Assembly: GCA_030704615.1 (NCBI GenBank)
Contig: CM060732.1
Span: 11,470,001 to 11,534,000, forward strand
DNA from: Takakia lepidozioides
Taxonomy: Eukaryota > Plantae > Bryophyta
DNA: 64,000 nucleotides
Direction of reading: 5' to 3'
The notes below the pieces were generated by a model. That model was not told where the DNA came from and searched no databases. It saw nothing but the letters and a program-made list of their open reading frames with translations. Shown in pieces: positions 37,899 through 51,800 of this stretch. A program made the position numbers and the translations under genes. Every line of letters begins with the position of its first letter. Positions within the stretch are counted from its first letter, which is position 1.

Positions 37899-40800
37899 CT
37901 GGCCTGAATCTTGAAGAGCTTGTGCTTGTTTGTGACATCAACAAGCTCAGCATCACATTGACCACGTCTGTATGCAATTACTTCAAGTGTGTAATCCTCC
38001 TTTGTCTCACAATATTTACCAATGACCTTAAGAGTCATAGTAGCGGTTTCTGGTCAGAAAGAGCTCTGGATCTTTGTTTGTATCAACGATGATCTTCCCC
38101 AATGCATTATGTGCATGCACTTCTTTGCTCCCTTCACTCACAAGATGCTCTAAGAACTGAGTCAGCAATCCCAACTGGTTCCTGTCCAACCCATCAAACT
38201 GTTAGTTTGATTCATCCTGAGACAACAGACAGCTTCCACATGGAATTAAAAAGTCAGTAATGTGCCCTCTTTCAATACATTTTCATTTTGCGCATAACCT
38301 GAGAATTGACTGTGACATAGACATCATGCTAGGAGCAAACAAACAGATTAAAAATGACATAAAGCCACCCTGGAACAATTTATTACCTCTTCTCCCACTC
38401 ATCAACCACTGCCTCCACTGGCAGTAAAGAGCAGACAGACAAGATAGGGTCCTCGATGAAATCCTTGGGGTGGCCATCATCCAGCAATTGCCGAACCACC
38501 AGAGGCGCATTTTCTGGGTTCACCTGCACAAGGAAGGATCATTAGAAACTTTATTTGCATGGACATAAAAGTGACTGTTTGACCTCCAGGGCAAGAATGA
38601 TGTATACATCCAGACACACTGCAAAAATTAATGTAGAGACAAAACTAGATTAAAAAGAACACAAATAAGAGGGGACAAAATTATCACTCCCGATAACAGG
38701 TCTCTGCTTTCAGTCAGTGTATTCAGGATATTTCCTGTTCCTCCAAGAGCAGGTGCACTCAGGCCTAATGGAAAGTATATTCCGGCCCTGAGTCAAGACG
38801 CACCAGTGTAGATCAACAAAATTAACAGATTGAAGTATGATGAGCAGAGAACAAAGTGCAAGAGTGCAAAAGCAGAAATAGGACCTGAAGGGCATGCATG
38901 TAAAGACCAGCTTTCCAACAGAGCTCAGCAATTTGAGGACGGTCATAATGGCTGAACATGCCCTTTGCCAAAATTGAATCAGCTATGCTGGGGGACGCGA
39001 CCAGACTGATCTTCAAGACCTGCATAACCAACAACATTCATTTACACATGTCAGCCGCATTATCCAGTGGATTGACATGACCTTGTCGATCATATCTACA
39101 GGTAAGTACTAAGTACGTGCAAGGTAGCTATGTAAAGTGACAAGGTCATAGAAGGATAATCAAGATGCACACCATAGCAAGGGGAAAGAACAGGAAACCA
39201 ACAGACAAGTTACAGGAGGGCACAGACCATGCAAGTCCATCTGCACTGCACATTGTAAGAGTCAGAGCTAACTCTACCTTAGTTTGAAGCATGGCATGCT
39301 CTGGAAGGTTAGGCTTCAAAACATCCAGAAGAAAAGCAATTGCCTCCCTGATCATGTTGCGCTGCAAAACACAAACTCCGGATCAATAGGTTCCGCTTTT
39401 AAGCCTCAAGTTCCGGTGAAGATTAGTGAATAGAATACACTTATGGTCATCATCCATTGATTCATACCTCAAGGAACAACTCAGTTATGGTGTTGTAGTC
39501 GTCTGGGCACCCTCCTTCAAGTTGAGAGATCATTAGAGCAAAGTTCACATCACCTTGCACTCCAGTGACCAGATAAAACTTGGAACATATGCACAATATG
39601 CTAAGAACACAATCTACAAAAAACCATGGGCACTAAAGCTGAGAAGAGACGTTGTAGGACACATTTCACAGGGTCAGATTGCAAGATTGATTGCAGCAGG
39701 ATAGCCTGTAGCATAAGGAAGATATTGCTCACCTAGAGCTCAGTGGAAGGTGTTGCGCATTAGTCATCACTATGCTGCAAAATCCAGATTACATCGGCGG
39801 AATACAGGGACACATTAATGATAACACAAGTGAGGGACAATTATGGCGAGGAGATAAAATGTCCACTACTGACATGAGGACGTACCGGTGGTTTTTGGCA
39901 AATCTTCAGCAGCATCAACAATTTGTCATATATGATATGTTCTCTGGAAGGAGGTCGCGTGATATCCAGATGATCCGACTCCTCCACTTTGTAGTTGTTA
40001 CAGCCAGATAATCTTATGGCAGACTCATACGGCACAATCCAACCCTACGAGATAGAAAATTCATCTTTTCAACCACTGGAGTAGTAACACTTTCTTGAAC
40101 CTCAAAGAGTTGTTATATAAAAGGCAGCCTTCAAGATATCTAAACCACTTAGACCATAGATGACACAATTCAGCTTCTGATTCATCTGCACGGCATTGTT
40201 GCACTGTGCATCGTTGCTTGTGCAGGGAGGTTTACCATAGGTCTGTGTTCTCCACATGTGATGGAAAGTAAGCAATTCAACCTCTCAGAGGGGAAAAATT
40301 CTCCAGTCTTAGTTAATGTTGAAGCAGCACGTACACCTAGCTAACCCTAAAATACTGCACTACTTGACACTATCATAAAATGCCTTGCATCATGTTCCTA
40401 TCCAATTAGTAAATTTTATTAGTACCAATACTCCGCAGCATTTCTTGGTTTGTCATTATGAGAAACTCCAGAGAACGTACCCAATTTTGTGTTGGTTTGC
40501 CCTCTCCGAAAGCAAAGATGTGGATTTGAAGTCTACAAATAACTCCCTCAAATTCTGTTGATAAACGCTCAATCAGGTCGTGTTGTATATTTCCTGAGGG
40601 CTCCAATTTACCAAAACTTCCCAAGTTCATTGCGGAATGGGGAACAGCATAGTGTGCAATGCCTCGGAGATTTGATAAGAACGCTTTTGCATTCTCAGCA
40701 GCCTCCTTGTCCAATTCGTTCGCACATGGCATGGTTTCAGTCCTTGCAGTATGTACCACTAAGCTCTTCACAGCCAAACCTCCGTAGCCATGGCCAACAA

Positions 40801-41385
40801 GCACAATTGGTGTTTGCCATCCGAAACTGGAACGAGATGAACTGCACATGAACAGGATCAAGCAATATCAGATTTTGATCTTGGACGCCAAAATGTGCAT
40901 AGACATTTCCAGATCCTGTTCTGAACAGCTAACCCTCACCATTTCCTTTCAACATCTAGGTGGATAAGATCGAGGACTAGGAGCTAGGCTCCGGATCTGC
41001 CTTCACATTCCAGCGAAAGTGAGAATCTCTTTTGACTGCCTAAACTTCTTGTTCAATGAACAGGCTAGCAAACCATAGTATTCAAGTGAGAAGCAATGTA
41101 CCTGACTAAGCTTTGCTGCAACCTCCTGCCAAAGTCGTCAACAGCTTGGATGTTGGAATATCTAACATCTGCACTATGAGATACGAGTAGAACACGCACT
41201 GTTCCTTCCAGGTCTTCTGGCAGCCACTTCACTGGCCAGGAGAGTTCATGATTGTCATGATGCACCCATGTGTGCTGTGAAACACTGCTTTCCTTTCCAA
41301 ACTAGAATCCATGGAAAAAGATGACATCCAGGGTGGTTTCCCGATCATCGTTAGGGGGTGGCCACACTTGTTGAACAAGGTAAAC
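37899..41385 (-). pseudogene. alpha/beta-hydrolase - clathrin heavy chain fusion gene (copy B, most complete hydrolase)
   Basis: Exons encode LDVIFFHGF...TW...WPVKWLPEDL...RVLLVSH; PIVLVGHGYGGLAVKSL...FGEGKPT; GWIVPYESA...DHLDITRP; then CHC peptides [75 protein letters not shown] and [16 protein letters not shown] junctions throughout, with scattered stops. Confidence 0.85.
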
Positions 41386-41942
41386 CTGGGCAAAGTTAAA
41401 GAGATCTTGAGTCAGAAGTGTTGTATAGTTTCCAGAACATTGATTCAAAGCTTCAAGAGTTCTCTTGAAGTGCCAAACGCTTCTCGAGTGAGCTTGCAAT
41501 GCTTCTTTGACAACTTGTGTCCACAATATTGTTTGAAGCAATGCATACATATGTTACCATATCCAGAGTCTAAAACCATGTTGCAAAAAACAAATGAGTT
41601 GTTCCAGAACAAAACTAGAGATGTGGTAAGCACAGTTGCAGAGATCTGATGAGCTTGCTTGTGAGTCTAGAGTGAAAAGAATTAACTTCTCATAAAAGCT
41701 ACTTATGTCGTATGATGTACTTTAGTACTTCTGGAACAGGAGTCACTTCGTGATCTTTCACAAGGTTTGCAGCTTTAGAATGAACGCGTTTTGCACTAGG
41801 CGCATTCATAAGCTGTGACAGGATCCTGAGTGTTCTCATGATTCAGTAAAAGGTGCTCATAACATATTTGAGAACTGAATACCTCTGACCCATCAGTTAG
41901 AGATGCCTGTGGACAAGGTAGGGGTACCTCATGACAAAAGAT

Positions 41943-44900
41943 TGTACTCATAAGACGTTGTTTGCCGTAGCCTTGTGGCCATTGACCCCGCGCCCAGTTT
42001 GAGCGGGAATAAAAGGGACAGAACCTACCTCTGTCAGGGGCTGATGTTGGTACAAAGTTGGTAAACAGGGGTACAGGCACAATTCCCTTGATAGATTTGA
42101 AGAGAGCGTCTCTTTGGTGAGAGAACCCCGGACAGTGTATCAGAAAATGAATATTGTCTTCAGTCTAGTGCCGAGAGTGGGTAGACCCTTGAGGTCATCC
42201 AAGATGTCCTCCCCCATGTCACTGACTGGAAACAAGTTCAGGGAAGTTTTCTGCCTAACTTCATTTTCATCAGACAATCTCATGGCAACAGACATGGCTT
42301 TGGACACTACAGCCTCTAAGTCAGATTTATCCAGCAGGGTCAAGACTTGCGGATCCAGGTCCAGGTCCTTGAGAATCTCTTCTACTCTCTTCTGCCAGGA
42401 CTTAGCCTGTTTGACAGGGCGGTCCTGTTTCCAAGATATAGAGTCGACTAACTTAGGATATCTGGTGTTGGGCATATGTTGCAGCTGACCCCACCATCTG
42501 ACCTTGAATTCATCTCGTCGGGAGCTTAAGGACGGAATGCCAAACTCACCTGGAACAGCCACATTGGCTGTTTTGGAGCATGCTGACATACACTCCTTAA
42601 CCACCCCCACTTGAATGGATTCTAGAGACTTAGCCTGGTTGGAGTTATCAACCCATATTGCAGATCCGTACTCCAAGGCAGGTCTAATAACACGACAAAG
42701 CATGGTTTTCTTAACCTCAGAGTTGACCCCTCTGCAGTGGAAAAATTTAGTGAGCCCCAGAGCTTTGCCCTTGCCAGTTTGAACAACTTTCCAGATATGT
42801 GCATCCCAATTACAATTGGAGGAAAACTCAACACCCAGGTAAGTGTAGGAAGGGAGGACCGGGATCTCTTGGCTACCCCACTGCCACTTAAGATCACTTC
42901 CTCCCTCTCCTCTGTCGTTGAATGCTACCACTGCACATTTGCTGACATTAGCCTCTAGCCCCCAAAGATCAAAGTATCTCTTCGCGCAATCAATCAACTC
43001 CTGGAGATTGGTTGGAGTCTCCCCTATGCCTGCGAAGTCATCCGCAAACATAAGGGCTGGTATGGTGGTATCACCCACCCTTAACCCAAATCCCTCACTT
43101 TCCACATCCTTGAGGAGTTGATTGATGAAAACATTGAAGAGCAGAGGGGAGAGAGTACATCCTTGAGCTACACCTTGGTCTATGTCAAAGAAGTTGGACT
43201 TCTGTCCGTTAACAGTGACACAGCTTTTGGTGTGAGCATACAAGTTGTGGACAACTCTCCACATCTTTCCCTTGATCCCACAAGACCAGAGGCGGAACCA
43301 TAGGCCATCTCTCCACACTGTGTCATAAGCCTTTTTGACATCCAGGAAAAAAACATAAGTGGGTTTCCTTTCTTTTTTCCTTCCCTGGATAATCTGGCTT
43401 AGAGTGAAGATATGATCCACACAGCCCCTGTTTTGCCGAAAGCCAGCTTGGCCTTCGTGGAAACAACCTCTAGACTCCAGATCAACCTTGAGACGAGTAC
43501 TTATAACTCTGCAGAATGTCTTGCCAACAGCATTGAGGAGCGTGATGCCACGGTAGTTCCCCGGTTCTTCTCTGTCACCCTTCTTGTATAGATTGACAAT
43601 GACCCCCTGTTGCCAGCGAAAGGGGATCATTTCAGTCTTCCAGATAAGGTTAAAGAGGAGAACTAGGGCCTCTATCATGGGATCGCCACCGTGCTTGATA
43701 AGCTCGTTGACAATACCATCAGGTCCACCAGCTTTATATCCATTTAAATGTTCAATTGCTTCCACAATCTCAGAAGAACTAATGGGAGCGTTATAAGCCA
43801 TTAAAATATACTCCAGTTCATCAGGGCTGTTTTGAATCATAGGAACAGTTTTTCCAACTGTGTCCCTCCATTCAGCAAAAGACCCCTCACTGTTAGACCT
43901 AGAAGTTCTGCCAAGGATACTGTAGTGAGTTTCAAAGGTTTTGACAATGTCAACCGATGAAGTCACCACTGCACCTTTAGTAGTCTTCAGCGCTGGTACT
44001 TGCTGACCGTTTTTCAGCTTGTACAAACATTGAAGGGCCAACCAGAATTTCTTGTCATTACCACCATGGTGGTTTGAGTTTATTTCACTGTATAACTTGT
44101 CCCAGTATAATTTCTTCTGAGACCTAACAAGCTGATTGATATCTTTACGGAGCTGGTAGTACCTCGCCCACAATTCTCTGTTGGTTTTCAAATTGCAGCA
44201 CTCTTTATAGAGGGCTCGTCTCTCAGCTATCTTGAATTTAATCTCATTGGTCCACCAATTAACAGCTCTACCGCAGACAATTTGTTTCCTCCCGATGATC
44301 TTGTCAGCCACGGAGGAAACGAAACTCTCCCAAGAGTCCACTGCTCTTTCGACTTCATTTCTTGCGTTGTCAGAGCGAGACTGAAGTTCTTGGAGCGATT
44401 GGACAAAATGAGGGAGAGCCTCTTGCAAGGCCTGGACGTACTCAGCCTTGACCTCCTCATTATGGAATTCTTCTATGCGCCACTTCCGAATCGAACGTTT
44501 CACAGATCTCTTGGTGTTGGGAAAACACCTTTTGATCTCAGTCCAAACCAGGAAGTGGTCAGAGGTACCAATATCAGTTCTGTCGATCAACACATTGGCA
44601 CACTGGGGGAACAAATTTTTGTCCATTATGATATAGTCCACAACGGAACGTTCCCCAGTTTGGGATTTCTCACGAGTCCACTGCACTTGGTCACCTCTTG
44701 TCCTGTTATTCAAGGTGAAAAGCTGAAGCTCTTCCAGGCAGTTAATTAACCGTCTGCCATTAGAATTCAGCTCGTCCTTACCAAAAGGCCCAATGATATC
44801 GTCCTGATGGAGCCCTTTGCCCACCCGTGCATTGAAGTCACCCAATAGCACCACCTGACCTTTGGCAAGGAATGAAGCACAGTCCAGCTTTACATCTTCG

Positions 44901-46300
44901 AAGGCTTTGTCTGCGTCAGCACTGAGGGTCCCTCTGTGGGCATGTAAACACAACCCACAAAGAGGTCCTTCGTACTCATGCCTTCAGATTCAGTTTTAGC
45001 CAGATACTATGCTCGTACCTCAAACCCTTGTTGATAATTTCACAATTGTCAAACAAGAAATCATGGACAAAGAATCCAACCCCTTTTTGACCGCGTTTGG
45101 CAGAGGCTGCCTTGAGAGTACACATCTTACCTGCCCATTTATAACCATTGACATCTCCAACCAGTTTATCCGACGTTTCCCATGTTTCTTGCCCAGCACA
45201 GATATGAATATCATTAGTCCGAAGAACTTGTCCCACTTCAAGTTGTTTCCTTTGGTTGGTCAACCCTGAGAAGTTGAAAGTGGCCAGCCGCAAGCCAGCC
45301 CTTTGCATGTGAATTGTTTGTCGTCTAGGTAGCTTGTGATTGCTCCTGGACGGCCAACCATTCTGCAAAGGGAGGACAGTTACCCCATGTGTAGATTTTG
45401 CTCGTCTTGTGTAAACTTTGAGAATTGGTAAACCATTCAGGGTACCAAATCCTTCAGTTACACGACTCACAAGCTCCGCACACATAGGGACAGATTGTCC
45501 GTCAGACTGCTTGGGGACAATTACCCCGTGTATAGATTTTGCTAGTCTTGAGGATTGGTAAACCATTTAGAGTACCAAATCCTTCAGTTACACAACCTTC
45601 AGGCTCTGCACACTTAGGGACAGATTGTCCATCTGACGGCTTGGGGACAATTACCCCGTGTATAGAATTTGTTCGTCTTGTGTAAACCTTGAGGATTGGT
45701 AAACCATTCAGAGTACCAAATCCTTCAGATTCAGGACGTTCAGGTTCCGTACACATAGGGGGATCTTGTCCTTCTGGCTGTTTGGATTCAACCTCATCCA
45801 GGGCATCAAACCGATTAGAAACTATCCTTGCCCTTGGTTGTCTTCCTAGAGCACCCCATTGAATCACCAATGTTTAAGACCGCTCTCCAGCCAATCAAGG
45901 GACGAACTTCTTTGAGATTGAATTGATGTGGGACTCTATTAGAAGCACTTTTGGTCATTGCAACCTTCAACGTACCCCTGTTATCAAGTCTCGAGATGGA
46001 ACTATTAGCCATGAAATCCAAGCCTAAGCTAGAGCATGTAGTTTTAAAGGACACATCGTCCATCCTGGGATTCACCCCAAAAACTACACATGAAGCCCTA
46101 GATTTGGCATAAGTAACCAATTCCCAGGAATCACCCTGAGGATGTTCATAGGAGCTAAAATTTTGATTGTAGTCGCAGGCTATAAGTTTAAGCACAGGAA
46201 CCAACCCGAGCCCAAGTGCTGAGTATGCTAGACAGAGCATACTACTGCCCAATTTGGGGGGAGGGCTGCCCCCAAGCGGTAAGGGTCCGCTTGTTACCAT
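41943..46300 (-). mobile_element. RTE-like non-LTR retrotransposon (LINE), near full length
   Basis: APE endonuclease (LATFNFSG...QETW at 44976-45310; GDFNA and SDH in ORF 42140-44953, frameshift at ~44960). RT (KAYD, GVAQGCTLSPLLF, FADD, YLG) and RTE-type RWWGQLQHM..TRYPK. Upstream ORF1-like region. Confidence 0.92.
45380..45730 (-). repeat. Three ~115-130-bp tandem repeats within the LINE 5' region
   Basis: Each encodes EGFGTLNGLPILK(VYTRR). Confidence 0.85.
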
Positions 46301-47189
46301 GACAAAAGGAAGGAACTTTGAGACGATGACCTCTTCCAGACACACTCACTTGCACCTATGACCTAGCCTAACATACACCGATCGTAGACAATACCATTTG
46401 GTACCCCCAAGGAGTGACGAGGAGACCTCATACCACATGGTTTTGGTTCCTATTGCTGCTTTTGACCTTTTCTCCACCATAGTCATTAACCCTTGCACGG
46501 ATACACACCACTTGTTACTCTCAACCGGAGCAGCTGTTCCTGGAATACGAGCCTTGAGACCGCACACCACCCATCACCACAATCGCATGTGAAATCATCA
46601 GATCTTGACTTTTCACCAACTCTTGATGATTCTCCGTGATCTCTCGCTCTACAGTACTCGTGGTTGATTATGGTTGACTGCTAAATGCAAAAAACAGAAG
46701 TGGGGGCTGATGATACAAGAACAAACCTAAGAATGCAATTGCGCAATGGCATGGAATCCTATGGAAACATTTGGTGAGCACATCCTGACGCAGCATGTGG
46801 AGGACCCGACAGCGTGTCAGATAGAGGTGGGTCTTCCATGCAGCTTGTGACTGGCTTGACTAAGTTGGTGGAGGGATTGAGTAAGCTTTCGCGAGACGGG
46901 ACCAGTACATCAGAACTAGATGCACCGCAACAATATATGGATACCGTATGTGTATTTTGTTCCAAGAAATGCGTCTTTTATTCTACTTTTATTTTGGAAG
47001 GTTTGAGCCCATCTCTTCAAGGGGAGAGTAAAAGTAAATGAATCATAGTAAATTGATACAGCCTCAGTTTGAATTTTGGTATTTTTTCATTTATCTCATG
47101 TTAAGATTGGGATAAATTGTATACATTGAGAATGTTTGCCAGTTCTACTGCGCCTCTTAACGGTAGGTTAGGTGATGTGGAACCCCGAC

Positions 47190-47829
47190 TATATGGCTAT
47201 GTACATATACCAAACATGATACCAATGTAAGAGTATCAACGTGTGAGAGTTTGATATATTAAACTTATATGGAACACATATCCCAACTTCAACATGATAC
47301 CTTACATAAGGGTATCCAAACAATATTATTTTTGATAATTCTCAAGATGATGCAACGGAAGCCTTTCATCAATTGTCAAGTTTGATTTTGTCTGTTTCTT
47401 TCGGAGCCAGCCATGTTTCTTTTTGCCAATGAATCACAGGAAGCTGCTGATCTCTCTCCGTCTCTGGCTCTCCCTTTCTCGCTGAGGCTGATGAGGGTGG
47501 CTTCACAACTCCACAATTTCCTCAAGGGCACAAGAAAGAGGGCCAGCAAGAATAGACGGGCAACATATATTTTTAGCTTATACTCTTAGATGTGTATAAG
47601 TATAATTTGAATATATATATATGCATATATATTATATATTATATACAGAAATAAATTAAAAATTACATATTACAATTCAATTGAATCGTGTGCCGACAAT
47701 TCAATTGAATTGCAAATTAGGGTTGTTTTCAAGCTAGTTTTAGTAGTTCAAGTGAATTGCGCACTTTTAGGGGGGTGATCAAGTGAATTGCGATGCATTT
47801 CACATCAAGGCCTTTTTGGAATTCCCTAC
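47190..47829. mobile_element. Internally deleted derivative of the element at 52254-61492
   Basis: 47195-47440 resembles 55237-55545, and 47540-47829 resembles 61247-61492. Both end at the same sequence CATTTCACATCAAGGCCTTTTTGGAATTCCCTAC. Confidence 0.8.
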
Positions 47830-48804
47830 ACGTTCACTTATTAACACTCCGCACCCATTCGGACGAGTGTTGGACTGGTATATAGGGTCTGGTCGGGTAT
47901 CAACCAAGGTATTGAATAACCGACACAGCTGGTATTGGCTGTTGTAATACTATGGTTAATAATCGTAGCATTCGTGAGCTGCTTGCTCGCCGCATAGCCA
48001 CCATCTGATTGGCCCTGAGGAGGACGGCTATGACATGGTAGCGTGGCTCCGTATGCATATGGAGCCCTACTACAGGCCTCCACCAACCTGGCCACCTCCA
48101 ATAGACCCCGCAGCGACCACCGGTTATTTCACAAAATGTTCTTCTTTCGCTCCAATCCATTTGTCTTTTGAGTACAACCTCAGCGTAATACATTTGCAAT
48201 GTCGACTACAGGCAATCGATATAGGACCAATCCGATTATGATTTACGACCTACCTACTATTACTTATACCAACCTTCTAGGTGGTATTAAAACGAGATAC
48301 CTTGCATGAATCCATCGCATATGTGTACAGCCACAAATAGACAAGCGAAACACAAAACTAGTGCAAATGAATGGTAAGAAACCCTAAAAGTTTATCAGGT
48401 AGTTGAAAAAGGGTAGGTCGGAAGCGGCTTGCAAGCTGCCCTGTACTGCTACGTTAGATAGTGCCTGCATGTCACCCTACCACCGTTAATAGTAGGGGCT
48501 CTGGATATACCTCGCTGCTGCCGTAGCTCGGTATATACGGAGCCCCTACTATTAACAATAGCAGGCTCCTCGCAGCCACTATCTAGTCCGAATCGGCTGG
48601 TATTGGCAATTCCAATACTATGGTTGATAACCGGACCGGCTGGTATTACAATACCCCTGCAATACCGCAATACCCATAACCGACCACCTCGATGTTGAAA
48701 GGAAATGGTGAGGGTTAACTGTTCACAACAGAATCTGGAAATGTCATGCACATTTTGGCGTCCAAGCTCAAAATCTGATATTACTTGATCCTGTTCATGT
48801 GCAG

Positions 48805-51800
48805 TTCATCTTGTTCCAGTTTTGGATGGCAAAAACCAATTGTGCTTGTTGGCCATGGCTACGGAGGTTTGGCTGTGAAGAGCTTAGTGGTACATACTGC
48901 AAGGACTGAAACCATGCCATGTGCGAACGAACTGGACAAGGAGGCTGCTGAGAATGCAAAAGCGTTCTTATCAAATCTCCGAGGCATTGCATACTATGCT
49001 GTTCCCCATTCCGCAATGAACTTGGGAAGTTTTGGTAAATTGGAGCCCTCAAGAAATATACAACACGACCTGATTGAGCGTTTATCAACAGAATTTGAGG
49101 GAGTTATTTGTAGACTTCAAATCCACGTCTTGGCTTTTGGAGAGGGCAAACCAACACAAAATTGGGTACGTTCTCTGGAGTTTTTCATAATTACAAACCA
49201 AGAAATGCTGCCGAGTATTGGTATTAATAAAATTTACTAATTGGATAGGAACATGATGCGAGGCATTTTATGCTAGGTGTCAAGTAGTGCAGTATTTTAG
49301 GGTTAGCTAGGTGTACGTGCTGCTTCAACTTTAACTAAGACTGGAGAATTTTTCCCCTCTGCGAGGTTGAATTGCTTACTTTCCATCACATGTGGAGAAC
49401 ACAGACCTATGGTAAACCTCCCCGCACAAGCAACGATGCACAGTGCAACGATGCTGTGCAGATGAATCAGAAGCTGAATTGTGTCATCTATGGTCCAAGT
49501 GGTTTAGATATCTTGAGGGCTTCCTTTTATATAACAACTATTTGAGATTCAAGAAAGTGTTACTACTCCAGTGGTTGAAAAGATGAATTTTCTATCTCGT
49601 AGGGTTGGATTGTGCCGTATGAGTCTGCCATAAGATTATCTGGCTGTAACAACTACAAAGTGGAGGAGTCGGATCATCTGGATATCACGCGACCTCCTTC
49701 CAGAGAACATATCATATATGACAAATTGTTGATGCTGCTGAAGATTTGCCAAACGCCACCGGTACGTCCTCATGTCAGTAGTGGATATTTTACCTCCTCG
49801 CCATATTTGTCCCTCACTTGTCTTATCATTAATGTGTCCCCGTATCCCACTGATGTAATCTGGATTTTGCAGCATAGTGATGACTAATGCGCAACACCTT
49901 CCACTGAGCTCTAGGTGAGCAATATCTTCCTTATGCTACAGGCTATCCTGCTGCAGTCAATCTTGCAATCCGACCCTGTGATATGTGTCCTACAACGTCT
50001 CTTCTCAGCTTTAGTGCCCATGGTTTCTTGTAGATTGCGTTCTTAGCATATTTGCCTAGTGTGCATATGTTCTAATTTTTATCTGGTCACTGGAATGTAG
50101 GGTGATGTGAACTTTCCTCTAATGATCTCTCAACTTGAAGGAGGGTGCCCACAACACCATAATTGAGTTGTTCCTCGAGGTATGAATCAATGGATGACTA
50201 CCATAAGTGTATCCTATTCACTAATCTTCACTTGAACTTGAGGCTTAAAAGTGGAACCTATTAATCATGAGTTTGTGTCTTGCAGCGCAACATGATCAGG
50301 GAGGCAATTGCTTTTCTTTTGGATGTTTTGAAGCCTAACCTTCCAGAGCATGCCATGCTTCAAACTAAGGTAGAAGCAGCTCTGACTCTTACAATGTGCA
50401 GTGCAGATGGACTTGCATGGTCTGTGCCCTCCTGTAACTTGTTTGTTGGTTTCCTGTTCTTTCCCCTTGCTATGGTGTGCATCTTGATTATCCTTCTATG
50501 ACCTTGTTACTAGTCCCCCCCCCCTTTACATAGCTACCTTGCACGTACTTAGTACTTACCTGTAGATATGATCGACAAGGTCATGTTAATCCACTGGATA
50601 ATGGGGGTGACATGTGTAAATGAATGTTGTTGGTCATGCAGGTCTTGAAGATCAGTCTGGTCGCGTCCCCCAGCATAGCGGACTCAATTTTGGCAACTGG
50701 CATGTTCAGCCATTATGACCGTCCTCAAATTGCTGAGCTCTGTCGGAAAGCTGGTCTTTACATGCATGCCCTTCAGGTCTATTTCTGCTTTTGCACTCTT
50801 GCAGTTCTCTGCTCATCATACTTCAATCTTTTAATTTTGTCGATCTACACTGGTGTGTCTTGACTTCAGGGCTGGAATATACTTTCCATTAGGCCTGAGT
50901 GAATATTTCGTCCCCTCTTATTTGTGTTCTTTTTAATCTAGTTTTGTCTCCAGATTAATTTTTGCAATATGTCTGGATGTATACTTTATCCTTGCCCTGG
51001 AGGTCAAACAGTCACTTTTATGTCCATGCAAATAAAGTTTCTAATGATCCTTTCTTGTGCAGTTGAACCCAGAAAATGCGCCTTTGGTGGTTGGGCAATT
51101 GCTGGATGATGGCCGCCCCGAGGATTTCATCAAGGACTTTATCTTGTCTGTCCACTCTCTACTGCCAGTGGAGGCACTGGTTGACGAGTGCGAGAAGAGG
51201 TAATAAATTGTCCCGATCTTTATGTCATTATTAATCTGTTTGTTTTCTCCCCGCATGATGTCTATGTCACAGTCAATTCTCAGGTTATGCACAAGATGAA
51301 AATGTAAGGAAAGAGGGCACATTACTGACTTTTTAATTCCATGTGGAAGCTGTCTGTTGTCTCAGGATGAATCAAACTAACGGTTTGATGGGTTGGACAG
51401 GAACCAGTTGGGATTGCTGACTCAGTTCTTAGAGCATCTTGTGAGTGAAGGGAGCGAAGAAGTGCATGCACATAATGCACTGGGGAAGATCATCGTTGAT
51501 ACAAACAAAGATCCAGAGCTCTTTCTGACCAGAAACCGCTACTATGACTCTAAGGTCATTGGTAAATATTGTGAGACAGAAGATTACACACTTGAAGTAA
51601 TTGCATATAGACTTGGTCAATGTGATGCGGAGCTTGTTGATGTCACAAACAAGCACAAGCTCTTCAAGGTTCAGGCCAGGTACATCCCAACTCTATTTTC
51701 CGTCATTTGTGATTCTGTCTTGTGTTTTGCATGATGTCGTAGAAATGATAAAGAAATTACTTGACTACATCTTGTTGGCGCTTCTTAGGTATGTGGTGGA

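Noticed and set aside
41390-41800. COR domain upstream of the hydrolase (LRR-Roc-COR-hydrolase gene)
   Set aside because: The region looks intronic (GTAAGC...TTTGCCCAG), has no recognisable COR motif, and the LRR gene is on the opposite strand.
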